This document shows positions 11,564 to 24,003 of a stretch of DNA of 64,000 nucleotides, one piece after another. The DNA lies in contig NKIB01012282.1 of the NCBI GenBank assembly GCA_002256025.1, forward strand, positions 1-64,000. The letters are read 5' to 3'. Numbering within the stretch: position 1 is the first letter of the stretch; every line of letters starts with the position of its first letter. Source of the DNA: Asterionella formosa. Its lineage: Eukaryota. The translations under genes and the position numbers were made by a program. The notes under the pieces are model-generated. The model saw only the letters and a list, made by a program, of their open reading frames with translations. It did no database searches and was not told the DNA's origin.

Positions 11564-13980
11564 GCCCTTCTTCGAGCCTGCCAATCAACCATATCATTTA
11601 TTTCCTTTGTCTCACATCATCCTGTGCATGTCATTATATATGTTTGAAACTCCTCTAAGTAGCTCGCCTCTCGTATCGCAATAGGCAAATGTCCTGTTAT
11701 CTGAGTTTCTCCCAATTGTAATGTTTCTCCATGGCTGGGTGGTAAAATGTATGAAGTGTGTGGCGATCGGTTGCATTTCATACATGAGTGAACACTACCT
11801 GCTAATTTATCGACATCGCAGTTCAGTTTGGCTTCCCATGGTAAATTCTTGTAAGCTACATCTTCGTCCTCTTGGTGAGACTTTACATGGTGAGTGGTGA
11901 GATTGATACCATATTTGGCGACAATGGTCATTGCGGCCTGTAGTAAGCAAATCATATTCTGGAGCCAAGGTTCCTGCAGGCGGGCCTTGGTGATTCCACT
12001 TTTCAATTCGCTCGTGTTAATAAGGCTTTGTTATCCAGATAAACATTGCGTTGGAACTTTGGGGAAGGAGAGTCTTGGGGTGTGTGAGTTGGAACCAGTA
12101 CATCAATTGCCACCATGCCCCCTAAGAAACCCCCTATTTCGGGACATAGCGATGAGAAGGGCTGTCCTCCCCCAAAGACTTTGTTACCATGTCCGTGTGC
12201 TGACATGTTGGTTGAACGATTGTATACTTTCCATCCTTGTTGTGTTGCCACCTTTTCATCGGTGACAGAGCCATCAGACGCATGCTAAGGCCACTCTTCC
12301 GGACGATACAAGGCTGTCGTAAAACATTTGCGAATCAGGTGGGAACTCATAGTCCCCAAGGGCGGTCTGAAGGGCCGGGTTAAGGGCTCGGACACGTTGA
12401 TCGAGAGTCTTAGGGAGCATGCTTAAGCTCTGAGGATTGGGAGTCTTCCTAGCTATAGCTGGTATTCCAGAGATTTCCATAGTGTCTTTGGAGCAAGAAC
12501 AATGGGTGAGGAATACCGGAGACATCATGTAAGCGGGGCATGTAAAACCAACAGTGTAACTGTTGCAAAATGTTCGCAGTGTATTACCAGAGTCAAAAGT
12601 TCTGAACAGTACTCCATCGGTGACCTCTATTAGTCTGTGATTGGTTACATCTAGATAATACTTCCATTGTTGTGAATGGGGGAGCATATCCAGGGTCCCA
12701 GAGAGACGCGCAAGCAACCGTTAGTAGAATGCAAAGGGTTTGGCGAATGATTTCCCGCAATAGCATCCAAGCTGTTGGGGACAGATTCTCCTGTGGTGGC
12801 CATTTGTACATGATAGTTCTGTCTAGGTGACAGCGGCCTTTCAATGTGGTATCAGTCACAAATTTGCCTATAGCATCGGTGATATCTGCCACTGTTAAAA
12901 CGCGTAAAAATATTCTACACTCGTTAATTTGTCTCAGTGTTTAGGGAGAGAGATGCAGAGTAGGCAGGTTGAGTCCACATATCCATAAGATAGCAATCTC
13001 GCTCCCATTGGAGTGGAAACTCCCAATTTTCCTCTAAGATGAAGTTGCCTTGTCGGGAAGAAATAAATTCCCATACATTCCTTATCCATGTTGGGTCCAT
13101 ATACCTTATTTGGGGGGGGTATCATGTGAATGGGGTTTGCTGTAAGCCAACAATGATCAACTGTAGAGTTTCGGAGAGAATTATGATGAGTTGGCCAATC
13201 TCATCGCGGTTGCGTATATGACTGACTGACTAGCATATTGACCTGGGAGATGCCCTGATCCGTGTAGTATGTATTTGTGACTCCGAAACACCCAAGTGAT
13301 GGTGGTCCAAAAAACAAAAGACGCTTTGTCTTGGATTTGAAATCCATTTTTGTTAGAAGAGTTGGAAGCAGGTCGATTTTGTCACCTTTGGCAGCAGAGA
13401 AAGTAGATCCACATACTAGGGGATATTTCATTGCTGGTCTTTACATGATTCTGTATGCTATCATGACTTCATTCTTATGTAGCTTTGAGGCCGATATATT
13501 AGTGCTTATTGTTCTCCCCTTGTGAATTAAGTGTGCCAGTTCATCATGGTTATTTCCTCCAGGCGCTAATCTAGCACCCAAGATACGGGGACCTTCTTTT
13601 ACTATCCTTTTGGGGAATGATCATCTGTTTCTCTGTATCTTCGCTCGCCTGAACTGAACTGAATTGACAAAGCTAGATTTTCTTTTGATTTGAGCTTGTA
13701 TACATCATTGTTGTGCTCCCAATCCATTGCAACATAAAAACATTTTTCCAGGGCCAGTGCACCGCCGGTGGTATACAGCAGCAATTGTTCCCAGTATTGT
13801 GCAATGGATTGCATTTCCTCTGCAAGCAAGGTCATGGATAGTCCCATTTTCTAATGCCAGCATTAATTCAGTATCATCCATGTATGTTTCAGCTACCCTC
13901 CTCCTTAGTGTGTGTGTTAATCTTGGGTTGTTGGAGAAGGAGATTCCACTAGATTTTTTGGATAGTATGCCCCTGTTAAA
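11564..13980 (-). mobile_element. Degenerate non-LTR retrotransposon (RT plus RNase H; Ambal-like), truncated at both ends
   Basis: RT catalytic motif VAETYMDDT near 13870-13895, AQYWEQLL..TGGALALEKCFY, MKYPL...FGPPSLG, and the RNase H C-terminus HHVKSHQED...EAKLNCDVDKLA. Many frameshifts. Confidence 0.85.
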
Positions 13981-14735
13981 GTGAGCTCATCTACGTAGTT
14001 ATGACTCGGAGTCAAACGAGTCAAACGATTCGAATGAGTCATCTTTGAGGTACCAAGCTCTCATCAACCACACATTATACCTTGTTACTCCGCCTATAAT
14101 GAGCCGGACGATATAAGCTATTTTGGAAGACCAATAGTTTGAAATTGAATGATCATGGTTAAAAACCTATGATCAGTAAGTGTGAGATAGACATGGGTCT
14201 ATCTATGATTGTATGTTTCTAGAAATGCAAACAGCATTTGGAGAATATTTCGTTTGTTTGTTCAAACAGAACAACCTAAACTAGATTAGTAAACTCACAA
14301 TAAGAATATAGAAACGGAAAGAGAAATGAACGTCTCTATCTATAGTCTTCTTTGTCTAACGATATATATCTATCTAAAAGGTAATACTTTAACATGGCCC
14401 CCCTAGTAGAATGTATGTATTGGCTAACCATGATAGTGCCGGTGAAGCCCCAGATCCCTGCTCATCCTCTAGTACGATGTGCGCACTGCGAATATTACCT
14501 GCGCCTGATACCGGGATACTAGATACCCGGTATATGATTTCATTGTTCTTTGTTATATATATCAATCAGCCACATATTTGTTACGACCCATCATTAGACA
14601 GTAATAAATAACACCAATCAAACTCAATCTACCGGTACCGGATTATAATACAATCTATTACTTGTACTTTATGTCACAACTATCCCCCAACCCAACAAAA
14701 CGACAACACAACGAAAGAGCAAAACACCCAAATAA

Positions 14736-17700
14736 ATGCCACCAAAACGTTCCATTGATCGACGACGACGACAGCGCAACAAGAAACCAATCATGTTGAT
14801 TGATTTTGTTTCTGACGTGGGGACCGTTCAAGAACAAACATCAAGGCACAGTATCCATCATGACGATCTGGACAATGACAATGGCACGATGGAGAGTACT
14901 GCAAGGACACCATCTGCAAGAACGAACGGTGCACAAAAGTCGAATCTGAATGGAATGGACAGCAGGGTCAATCGGAAGCAACAACAACTAGCAACGAAAA
15001 CGTCAACACAGTCAACACCAAAGCGACAAAATCCATCCATGAAGAAAGAAAAGAAGGGAGTCAAGCCACAAGAAGATGGATCATTGAATGACGAAAGCGA
15101 ATCCTTTCGAGACGACACAATGGATGATACAGACGACGACTTTCACGAAGCCAAGCAACGCCCTCCACTCAAAAAGTGTCCAAAACCTTCAGCGAAAATC
15201 AAAAAGACTGTAATGAAAAAGCGAAATCGAACATCAAAAAGGAAAACAAATGAATTCATTTCTTCGACAGATGAAGACGACGACGACGACGGGCTTGAAC
15301 TTTTTGAATCAAATCATGGAGTTGCCCCAACGGGACCCAGGCAGCGCAAATCTAACCGTGAAAGTAATCGAACGAACCAATTTGTCGACGAACAAGGTCA
15401 TGTCGACATGAAAGAGAATTCAGTATCTACCCGACAACGTAGAAAAGCCACAACAGCCACTTTGACTTATGCAGAACTAGATCATAGCGACATTGACGTG
15501 GAGGAAGCTGAAATTGGGAACACTCCACCCAAGTACAAGCGATACACAAAAGAGAGTACTTCCAATGTTGACAAGCCAAAAAAATATTCAACACAGGGTA
15601 AACCATCCTCTCGGAAATCAAGTACCAGCAGCAGCAGCAGCAGCAGTGACAAGGGAGAAGATGATGTCACTCTGGCGACATTGTCGAAGCGAAATGCGAA
15701 GAAATCTTCATTGAACGAAACAGACGAAGAAAGTACTCCTGATCGTACCAATTGGGCTCTTACGAAGAAGCTACCTATCATCTCTTCAAAAGACATGTTG
15801 GAGGATGTCAATGATGAACGCGTTTCTCCATACAATCGTCGGGGGATTCCTTGTCGACGAGCAGCAGAGCGAGCAATCATTAAGCTTGCTGCAGCAAGCA
15901 GCGGAGACGAGGAAAACTTCGATGATATGCCAATGCTGTCTGCAAAGAAAAAGAGCAATGACGATGAAGAATTTGAGGATTATCAAAGTGCCCATGAGAG
16001 CGACGATGGCAAAGTGGAAATGGATTATTATTCAGGCGACTCAGATGACACCCCAAACAATTCGACGGACAAAGGCACTAGAAGAGCAACAGCAAACGTG
16101 GACGACGATGAAATTTTTGATGCAGATGAAAGTAGCGGAGACGAACAAACGAATCCGCCAATGATTCAATCACCTATGCTCGAAATTATTCCAACTCCTA
16201 GGAAGAGTCGAGTTGACACCAGTGAGTCGGACGAGTTAGATGGCGAACTTACTTATACATCGCATCGCATACCATGTTGCAGTTCCACATGCGATGCCAT
16301 CACCATGGAGCGACTGCCTCAGCGTCATATTTGTTTCTTACTTCCAGATGGCCAATCCAGACAATGCTTTGCATTGGAAACCCTTCATAAAATTGCGTTC
16401 TCCAACTCTCCCTGCTTAGACAGCGAAGGCAATGTCATGTTCAAGCAGCCACCTCATTTTCGCGCTGGCATATCGGATGACTTGGTAGATCAAATTGCGT
16501 TGAAATTCGGGCGCAGTGCTTTGGACCTTTGTGGTGATTTTTATAATCGAAAGGAAGTTGCTACTTCTGTGACATCTCCAAACAGCAAAGGTGAGAGGGA
16601 CAATGAGTTTGGATATATGGTGAACTTTGATGGCACCCTCGCAGACAACATTCGATTCAACGAGATGGTAGATCAATATTTAAGTCAGTATATGGGAAGT
16701 AAAGATATATATTGCTGTCCAGTCTGCTATGCAGAAGCTTTCCGTCGACTTTCATTTGGAAATACAAGGGGATTTGACCCAAATGATGACAGCGAAGGAG
16801 CATTGGGTGACACAAATACGGAGTTTCGAGATTATGATCCAATCTCTGTCTTGGGTTCGTTGGACAATGATGCATACAAGCTGGCCTCAACATTTTGCTT
16901 TCGGAAGCTTGCTGAGGTAAAGCGACACCTTCGTGACGATCACGATCTTGACACCAAAGAGGTTGATGGTAACGACTTTTATAAACGATTCCAGATTCGC
17001 GCGTCTGATGGCTTGTTGCAGCGTCACTTGGATCGGCGATTTCGAGGCAAACCAAAGCAAGGGTGCATGCTGATTTATTGGAATGAGGGAAACAGTGAAA
17101 TCTTTATTTATTTGCTCCATCTAATGGAGCGTGCTAAGCTGTTACGAGATGAAGCCAAGAAGGGCAATCAGGCCACCCGCGGTTATGAGGAAGCGCGAGA
17201 ATTTGCGGAAAATATGCAAATGTTCTGGGATTCGTTTGAGAGACGGGCCAAATCGATGTGGGAGCTTTTAGCTTCACCCTACGAAAAAGAAAGCGATGAT
17301 ATCAACGATTTTTTTGCCAATGGAGACGAGGAGGTGGATGAGTCACATCGCATACACATCAATGCCATCTTAAGCCAAGACGGCAGTCAAGCATATACAC
17401 CCGAAGAAGAAATTATTGCTGCTTTAAAGGCAAAGCGAGCCTGTAAAGGTGAGGTCGAAGGGAGTTCTGACAGCGACGACGCCGGCTCTGAAAATTCTGA
17501 TCCTGAGGAGGACGACGGGCTGGAAGTGGAAGAAAGCTCTGTTGACGTAATTCATCCGGGGTACTATTCCGAAGACGACGAAGAACAAGACGATTGGATG
17601 AAAGAAAAACTGAGTAAACGAAAGTCCAAAGGCAGGGCATCAAAGCCTCCTGGCAAGATTATTGGAGCGAAGAAATTAGGCAGGTCGAGGAAGTCGAATT

Positions 17701-17810
17701 CGATCAAATTAAGTCGAAATTTATCCGCAACACCATCCACCTTGCCGTCATCTGAACAGTTGTTGAGTCAAAAGAGACGCCGTATAACAGTTGAGAGCGA
17801 GGACGAGTAG
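14736..17810 (+). CDS. Hypothetical 1024-aa protein: Lys/Arg- and Asp/Glu-rich disordered ends with a central Cys/His-containing globular region
   Basis: Long intact ATG-started ORF with basic NLS-like clusters. Motifs CCSSTCDAITM...HICF...CF and YCCPVCY...HLRDDH. Confidence 0.85.
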   Translation: MPPKRSIDRRRRQRNKKPIMLIDFVSDVGTVQEQTSRHSIHHDDLDNDNGTMESTARTPSARTNGAQKSNLNGMDSRVNRKQQQLATKTSTQSTPKRQNPSMKKEKKGVKPQEDGSLNDESESFRDDTMDDTDDDFHEAKQRPPLKKCPKPSAKIKKTVMKKRNRTSKRKTNEFISSTDEDDDDDGLELFESNHGVAPTGPRQRKSNRESNRTNQFVDEQGHVDMKENSVSTRQRRKATTATLTYAELDHSDIDVEEAEIGNTPPKYKRYTKESTSNVDKPKKYSTQGKPSSRKSSTSSSSSSSDKGEDDVTLATLSKRNAKKSSLNETDEESTPDRTNWALTKKLPIISSKDMLEDVNDERVSPYNRRGIPCRRAAERAIIKLAAASSGDEENFDDMPMLSAKKKSNDDEEFEDYQSAHESDDGKVEMDYYSGDSDDTPNNSTDKGTRRATANVDDDEIFDADESSGDEQTNPPMIQSPMLEIIPTPRKSRVDTSESDELDGELTYTSHRIPCCSSTCDAITMERLPQRHICFLLPDGQSRQCFALETLHKIAFSNSPCLDSEGNVMFKQPPHFRAGISDDLVDQIALKFGRSALDLCGDFYNRKEVATSVTSPNSKGERDNEFGYMVNFDGTLADNIRFNEMVDQYLSQYMGSKDIYCCPVCYAEAFRRLSFGNTRGFDPNDDSEGALGDTNTEFRDYDPISVLGSLDNDAYKLASTFCFRKLAEVKRHLRDDHDLDTKEVDGNDFYKRFQIRASDGLLQRHLDRRFRGKPKQGCMLIYWNEGNSEIFIYLLHLMERAKLLRDEAKKGNQATRGYEEAREFAENMQMFWDSFERRAKSMWELLASPYEKESDDINDFFANGDEEVDESHRIHINAILSQDGSQAYTPEEEIIAALKAKRACKGEVEGSSDSDDAGSENSDPEEDDGLEVEESSVDVIHPGYYSEDDEEQDDWMKEKLSKRKSKGRASKPPGKIIGAKKLGRSRKSNSIKLSRNLSATPSTLPSSEQLLSQKRRRITVESEDE

Positions 17811-18341
17811 TAATCTCGTATATTTCAAATTGCGTGGATTTAATAGTAGAGGCGGTGACGATAGGAAGGCCCCCTTTGGTAGTAGATCGGGCGTCTGAAC
17901 TAGCTAAGTTCGCGGTTCAGCTGTTAATTTGCCATCTATAACCAATGACTTCGGTATTAGTGCCATAGTCGTGTACACTCGAGATGGTAGTTCGAGCACT
18001 GAAGCTTAACCAAGTATTGTCATAAATGCTCATATGTTAATGATGAAAAACTCACAGCATTCGTTTTTATATCCTTTGTTGCTTTCCTTTTTGTTTGTTG
18101 GCAACGTTTATGTTGTTCTGGCCTTGTTGGCTTTCTCCAAAGGAGTGTTGAGGTTGTAAATATCTAAAGAATAGCTACTAAGGACATGACCCCAATTTTA
18201 AGCATTTCTTGAATAATTTATTCAAAACAGAAGCAAATTGGAATATCTAATAGGTGAAGTACCAATTAAAAACCACTCAGTGGTGACTGATAGCTACAAA
18301 TACTCTTGAGTAGATTGCCGTCCCATCTGTAGCATAGGTGC

Positions 18342-19253
18342 CTATAAAGTTGCAGGCACGGGCAACATGCTTTGATCCAAGGCAACAAAGCTAGCCACCG
18401 AATCTCGCAAGGCTTGGCCATCGGGTCCTTGATAGTCTTGCTCCAATGCGGATGCAAAGACAGCCAAAAGTTCCCCATCATTAGATTCTAACGATGCCTT
18501 GGCTATGGTGACTCTGAACAATCGGTCAACGCCAAACTCTTCGATTAACAGTTCTGGTTTCTGAACATCGATTTCAGCCTTCATTTGGAAATTCAAAACT
18601 TTTGCATTTTCCGAAAATTCAGCATGCAGGATTTGAGTGTTTGACTGACCAGGCTTGTCGCGCTCTCTCCTTAGCATCAATAGGTTGGCAATGGCCATGG
18701 GTTCTCCAATTTTGGCAAAGGTACTCAGGTCACCGGATGAGTCAATACCATTTTCTTCCAACAATACTTTTGTGGGGAAACTACAGTTGGACCCCAAAAG
18801 TGAGAGACTGATGTGAGTGCCGAGACACAACGATCACTTGAAATTAAAAAAAGGCGCGTACCGTTCAATCGCCACAACTTCCGCCTTGGCCATATCACCC
18901 GAGGTGAATATACTGGACCCCCGCCGTCCTTGTCCAGTTTTGACATTAGGCAAGTCTCCCTTGGCAGACCGACGCAACGAAAAGAATCGCTTAGGCACCT
19001 TGATTACAAACAACCCCATGGGATCGATAAATGCCTTCATTTCGACTTCATCTTGCTCGGCAAACGCGAGTTGAGGGGAAAGGCAGGACCCAACGACCAA
19101 TAGCTGCAGCAAGGATCGTCGGTTCACACCAACAGGCATTTCAGCGGGGAAATGAGGAGTTATTGACGCATGCTTGATCGCTGCCGGTGTGGATTGCAAT
19201 GTCAAGGCCGTGGTAGAGCAAGATAGGAGCATGGAGAGAATAAGTAGGCTCAT
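18342..19253 (-). CDS. PsbP-domain thylakoid lumen protein
   Basis: Signal peptide, then a twin-arginine motif VNRRSLL...LAFA. FIDPMGLFVIKVP resembles the PsbP N-terminal motif. A GT-AG intron 18861-18781 joins AEVVAIER to FPTKVLL in frame. Confidence 0.75.
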
Positions 19254-19721
19254 CCTGACGATAACGTGATGAACAAGTCTTGGTTGTCCGACGACCTGAT
19301 CCGAAATGAAATCATTTGATGGGTGCGTAACAATAAATCTATAATGTCAAAGAATGGATCGATGACGTCGTTGCATTTACCGGTATGTATCATATGTCAT
19401 ATAATTGTTATGTATGTACGAAACCCGGAGGTGATTTCGCTGCAATCATGTTGACATTATGCCGATTTTGAATTTAAATACAATTTTGTATTTTATTCAT
19501 ATCATACACATCTCTAGGATGGCGCACCTAAGGGCAATTGAAGCGGAGAAAATCGTATATAGGAATCAAAATGGCCCCTGAACTTTTTTAAAATATATTT
19601 GGACGCAATTGTTTTCGTCCAGAGGGAGTGAGTATCTTAGCAGGTACTGTATGCATACCATCAGCATTTAAAGACGAGGCAGTTGTGCTCCACTACAGCC
19701 AAGCACGGACGGACGCCCACC

Positions 19722-21743
19722 ATGTCGACGCCAAGCAGGAGAGCAACGGACACTCCTCGGCCGCAGCGGCAAAGCGGCATCGAATTCTTTATCTTTCTGT
19801 TGGTTCTTTTAAGTTTCGGTGTGATTTCCATGACATTGAGCATGTACGCTGGCGGCTCTGCATCGCACGAACTGCCTCATATGATTGAAAGCTTCAAGGA
19901 TCAGACCTTCTTCAAGTCCAGTTCCAAATCCCGGAGCGGCGGCCTTCACCCTCCTGAAGAGCCTGATGGTCTGAAAGGAAATGGTAAATTGGGCGGCTTG
20001 CTGGATCAGAAAATACCGGTTGACGAGGACGAACCAGAAGCCGGCTCGGCGTTGGCTGGACTCAACTGCGACGCTCATGGCGGTCCATCGCGCGAACTTG
20101 CTCAAGAAATGGTCTACTGGGAGGACATTGAATCGGACAACAAGTACGTCTCGCCGTTCATGCCCAAGGAGGCGGGGAGAAGGCAATACATGACCTTTGA
20201 ATCCGATCATGGAGGATGGAACAATGTAAGTGTTACAGGTTGCCACAGTTCAGTTAGCTCAAATCACACACTTCTATTGGTCACTCATATATGAAATATC
20301 AGATCCGAATGGCTATGGAGACATGCTTCGCCATGGCAGTGGCCATGGGAAGGACTCTGGTATTGCCTCCCGAGCAAGGCATGTATCTCCTCCATAAGGT
20401 AGGCGATATGTGATTTGGATGAACCGAAATTCGACGTATTCTCATTGTAACCGATTATTTCGGGTTTTTATCACTGGCTTGTATTTCAGGAAACCACAGA
20501 AAAAGGAAACAAGCAACGAAAACACTTCAGCTACAATCATTTCTTTCACATGGAAAAAATTGCTGAAGAACATGTTGGCTTGGAAGTTATTACCATGGAC
20601 GAATTCCTTCAGCGAGAAGGATTGACAGGAAACTTGAAAGACCGAGAAACAGGTGATACTCTGTTTCCACCAGATAATCGCACCAATTGGGATGGAGCCG
20701 ATCAAAATGTATTGAATGCATTGGAAGGGTACTTACGACATGTGGCAATCATTCCATCATGGGATCCTGACAAATGTATGGCCGCGTTTCCGACCTCAAA
20801 AGATCCCAAGGATGTGGTTGCGCTACAAAAAATCTATGACCAAGTAATGGCAGAAGGTGGATTTCCATCATATGAAGAATATGTAGGAAAACCACATCCA
20901 GTTGATGCTCCTGCGAAAGACCGCATGAAGGAGAATTGGGCTGGCAGAGAAGGTCCACTTTGTATCTATGATGAAAAACTTCAACAGGCACCAGTCATTT
21001 CTTTTACTCATGGTCAAGATAGGACAGGAGAAGGGTCTCGCTTACTGGTGCACTTTTATGCCTTCTTATTTTTTGAAGATTGGTTGCAAGATCTTTGGTT
21101 GAAACGATTTGTTCGAGATCATGTCCGTTATTTGGATGAAATCCAATGCGCAGCTGCTCGAGTGGTAAACGCCTTGCGAAAACGAGCTCGATCTCGTCAT
21201 CCTGAAACAAATCCAGCAGGAGATTTTGATACTTTTCATATTCGACGAGGAGATTTTCAGTACACAGTGACTCGATTTGAAGCACCTCGAATACTCAACA
21301 TGAGTCGACCAGAAATGACACCTAATGCTACTGTTTATATAGCTACTGACGAGCGCGATAGATCCTTTTTTTCGGCACTTGCCAATGAGTATGATATTGT
21401 TTTTTTGGATGATTTCAAACACTTGTTGGAGGGCGTCAACACCAATTATTATGGCATGATGGATCAATTAATTGCTTCAAGGGGCCGCATCTTTTTTGGG
21501 TGTTGGTTCAGCACTTTCACTGGCTACATTAATCGGATCAGAGGATATCACGCCAATAAAGCCAAGAAGTGGTCGGGATATGAAAATGGTTTGGTGCCAA
21601 GTTATTTCTATGCCTTGGAGGACAGAAAGTATCACATGCAGACTTTCTATCCAGTCAAACAATCCTTCTATGCCAGAGAGTTCCCTGCAAGTTGGAGAGG
21701 AATCGACCAAGGAATTGGCCAATTGCAACATTTACAATTATAA
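19722..21743 (+). CDS. GDP-fucose protein O-fucosyltransferase family, type II membrane protein
   Basis: ATG at 19722 and an N-terminal TM helix. Introns 20226-20302 and 20399-20489 rebuild GGWNNIRMAMET...GRTLVLPP. Motifs HIRRGDF, YIATDE, DQLIASRG..FFGCWFSTFT. Confidence 0.9.
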
Positions 21744-23635
21744 AACAGTTGGTGACAAACTGGTCCTTTCTTTTGTACCTGAAACACCTCAGCTTCATTT
21801 CAGGACATGATCTAGTGGGCTCTCACAGTTGACTAGTTTAAAGTATTCCAAAAAAGTTGAACATTTGATCATAGACCAAGTTAATAGAAATGAATTTATT
21901 TTCTCTCGTTATGATGTCCTCTTGGTTTGCCTCAGATGCATTTTCGACTGCAGCCTCTCTCAGGAAAGGTAAAGGCACTTTTTACATATGTTTTGCTATA
22001 CACACACACTGTTGCCTTTTTGTGGTGGTTTCAGAGATTCAACACCAGCAAGTTGCAGTCATTTTGCTGAAATGGATTGTAAAAAAGGCGGTTTTCACGA
22101 TAAAAACAGAGCTAAATTTCTCATTTACAGCAACTTGCACAGACAGGCACTTACCAGTATGCTCATCATAGCTACATACATGTAGAACATCAACAATTCA
22201 CTGCTTAAAATCGACTGTGTTACAGCTTAATGACATGGTTTTTAAGCTTATTTTATTCTTCCAAACTCAACATGAGGGCAAATGGCAAAAAAAAGCGTGG
22301 TAGTAAGCAAGCAAAGAAAACTGAAGTTACCAAAAGTAAGAAGCAAAGTAAGCAAGTTTTGTATTCTTCGCCCTATTCCATCCATACTTAAAATCATTCT
22401 CCTTTTCTGGCCGAAGCGATGAAAAAAACAATATTGAATGGCTCTAAAGGTGGTAGGATTTAAATGTATAAACACCATCATAATATCATCAGACAACATA
22501 AATGTAACAATGGTAATATGTATGATATGGCTGACTGGATTCATGCTTAGGGTACACAAGCAAGGTAGCCCTCATAGACGCTATTATTTGACTGTTTAGC
22601 TGCGATAATGCGATTGATTTGTATACATAAAACAAAAGACTGTAGTTGTTGTGAGCTAGCTATGCATCATGTCATCTCAGCCTTGAGTATAACGAAAATT
22701 ACGATTAGCCCAGAATGATGCTTTCCAATTTGGTTAATAAATTTAACACGACATGGAAAATACAATCGTGAAAAAATAATTGCAATAGCACTAATGTTGA
22801 CAACAAAATGATGTTGCCAATGGCGTTTTTTTTCATGTATTTTCGAGATGCACAATTGGAATTTCTGGTAAATATTCATTGAGCACCTTCCCTGCAAGCA
22901 ACTGCAAGAGTGATCCCTGAATCCATACTTTTGAAGAAGTTTTCACCAGACAAAATTTGTCAATTCGCGATATATATTTCAGCTTAAACATCGTTGGTTA
23001 GTCTGGTCTATTCTGATGTAAAATGATGGAAACATTTGAGCAGGACCATCACCAATTGCTATGATTCTGCACTCTTTCCTGTTGCTCTTCTCTCCTTTTT
23101 CATGTTTCTTGGACACTGCATCTAAGGTAAGTTTTTCATTGAGATGTGAATACAATAGCGGGGATGACAGCAATTGCTCTCGATGCTAGCAAACACATCA
23201 TAAGGGTGAGTTTGTTAATGATATGCATGTCAATTACAATTGATCGTTGCCTTAGCTACTACTACATGCATAAAAATATATCTCAATCTTAATAATAGCC
23301 TCTATTAGACTAGCAGCTTTAGTTAGAATTGTGGCTTCCATTGAAGGAGTAGCTCTTTGCCATCCATCCAATGAAACCATCTTGGTCAGTGGTCACTTCA
23401 TCTCATTAGAGGGGTCTCAAAAGATCACATACTAATTAAGTCAAAACATAGTTTAATATTGGAAAAGATGAACAAGCTAAAGCACTTTTTACTGGAGGTT
23501 TCAAGCAGGCGACATACTAGAGCAATGCTTGACTTTGTAAATGTGAAGTGTTTCAATGTGGTTTCAAGAATTTCGGCAATCCTATGCAATATTTTAATTT
23601 TTGTAGAGGTTTTCAAATGCAGGAACCTTTGTTTT

Positions 23636-23730
23636 ACCGGTATGTTACCAGTACCGGGAAGTGCCACGGTGAATATACCAGGTCCCGAACCCTATCAGCA
23701 CAATAGTACCAGGTACGGTACCAGGTACCA
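23636..23730. repeat. TACCAGG/GGTACC self-complementary motif cluster upstream of phytochrome
   Basis: GTACCAGGTACGGTACCAGGTACCA at 23706-23730, plus ACCGGT and TACCAGG nearby. Confidence 0.75.
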
Positions 23731-24003
23731 CGACAAAAGTGCTCCGTCATGTACGCCCTTAGAAAATTGTGATATATATATTAAGAAATATGAATAATTA
23801 GTATGTAAAGTCGTCATCACAATTTCTGTCTCAAGCAATTCCACCGATGTTGTCTGTCTACACGTTTTGTCAATACACTTTAGGAACGCAGCCCAGAATC
23901 TTTTCATTTCATGTTCTGGGTTTACAAAAGTATATTTCAAAATCAACTTCGCTTGGTACGAATCGCTTGTTAATCAACCAGAGTACTGCTGTATATTCAT
24001 GCA

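Noticed and set aside
13981..14405. Possible MITE (short GAGTC repeats, small hairpin 14001-14042, GGCCCCCCTAG end)
   Set aside because: No matching terminal inverted repeat pair was found.
17868..17934. tRNA-like string (CTGAA, GGTTCA, terminal GCCA)
   Set aside because: The acceptor and anticodon stems do not pair and there is no proper D-arm.
21900..23200. Possible Ulp1-protease or transposon remnant on the minus strand (MLSDDIM)
   Set aside because: Too decayed, and no catalytic motifs are recognisable.
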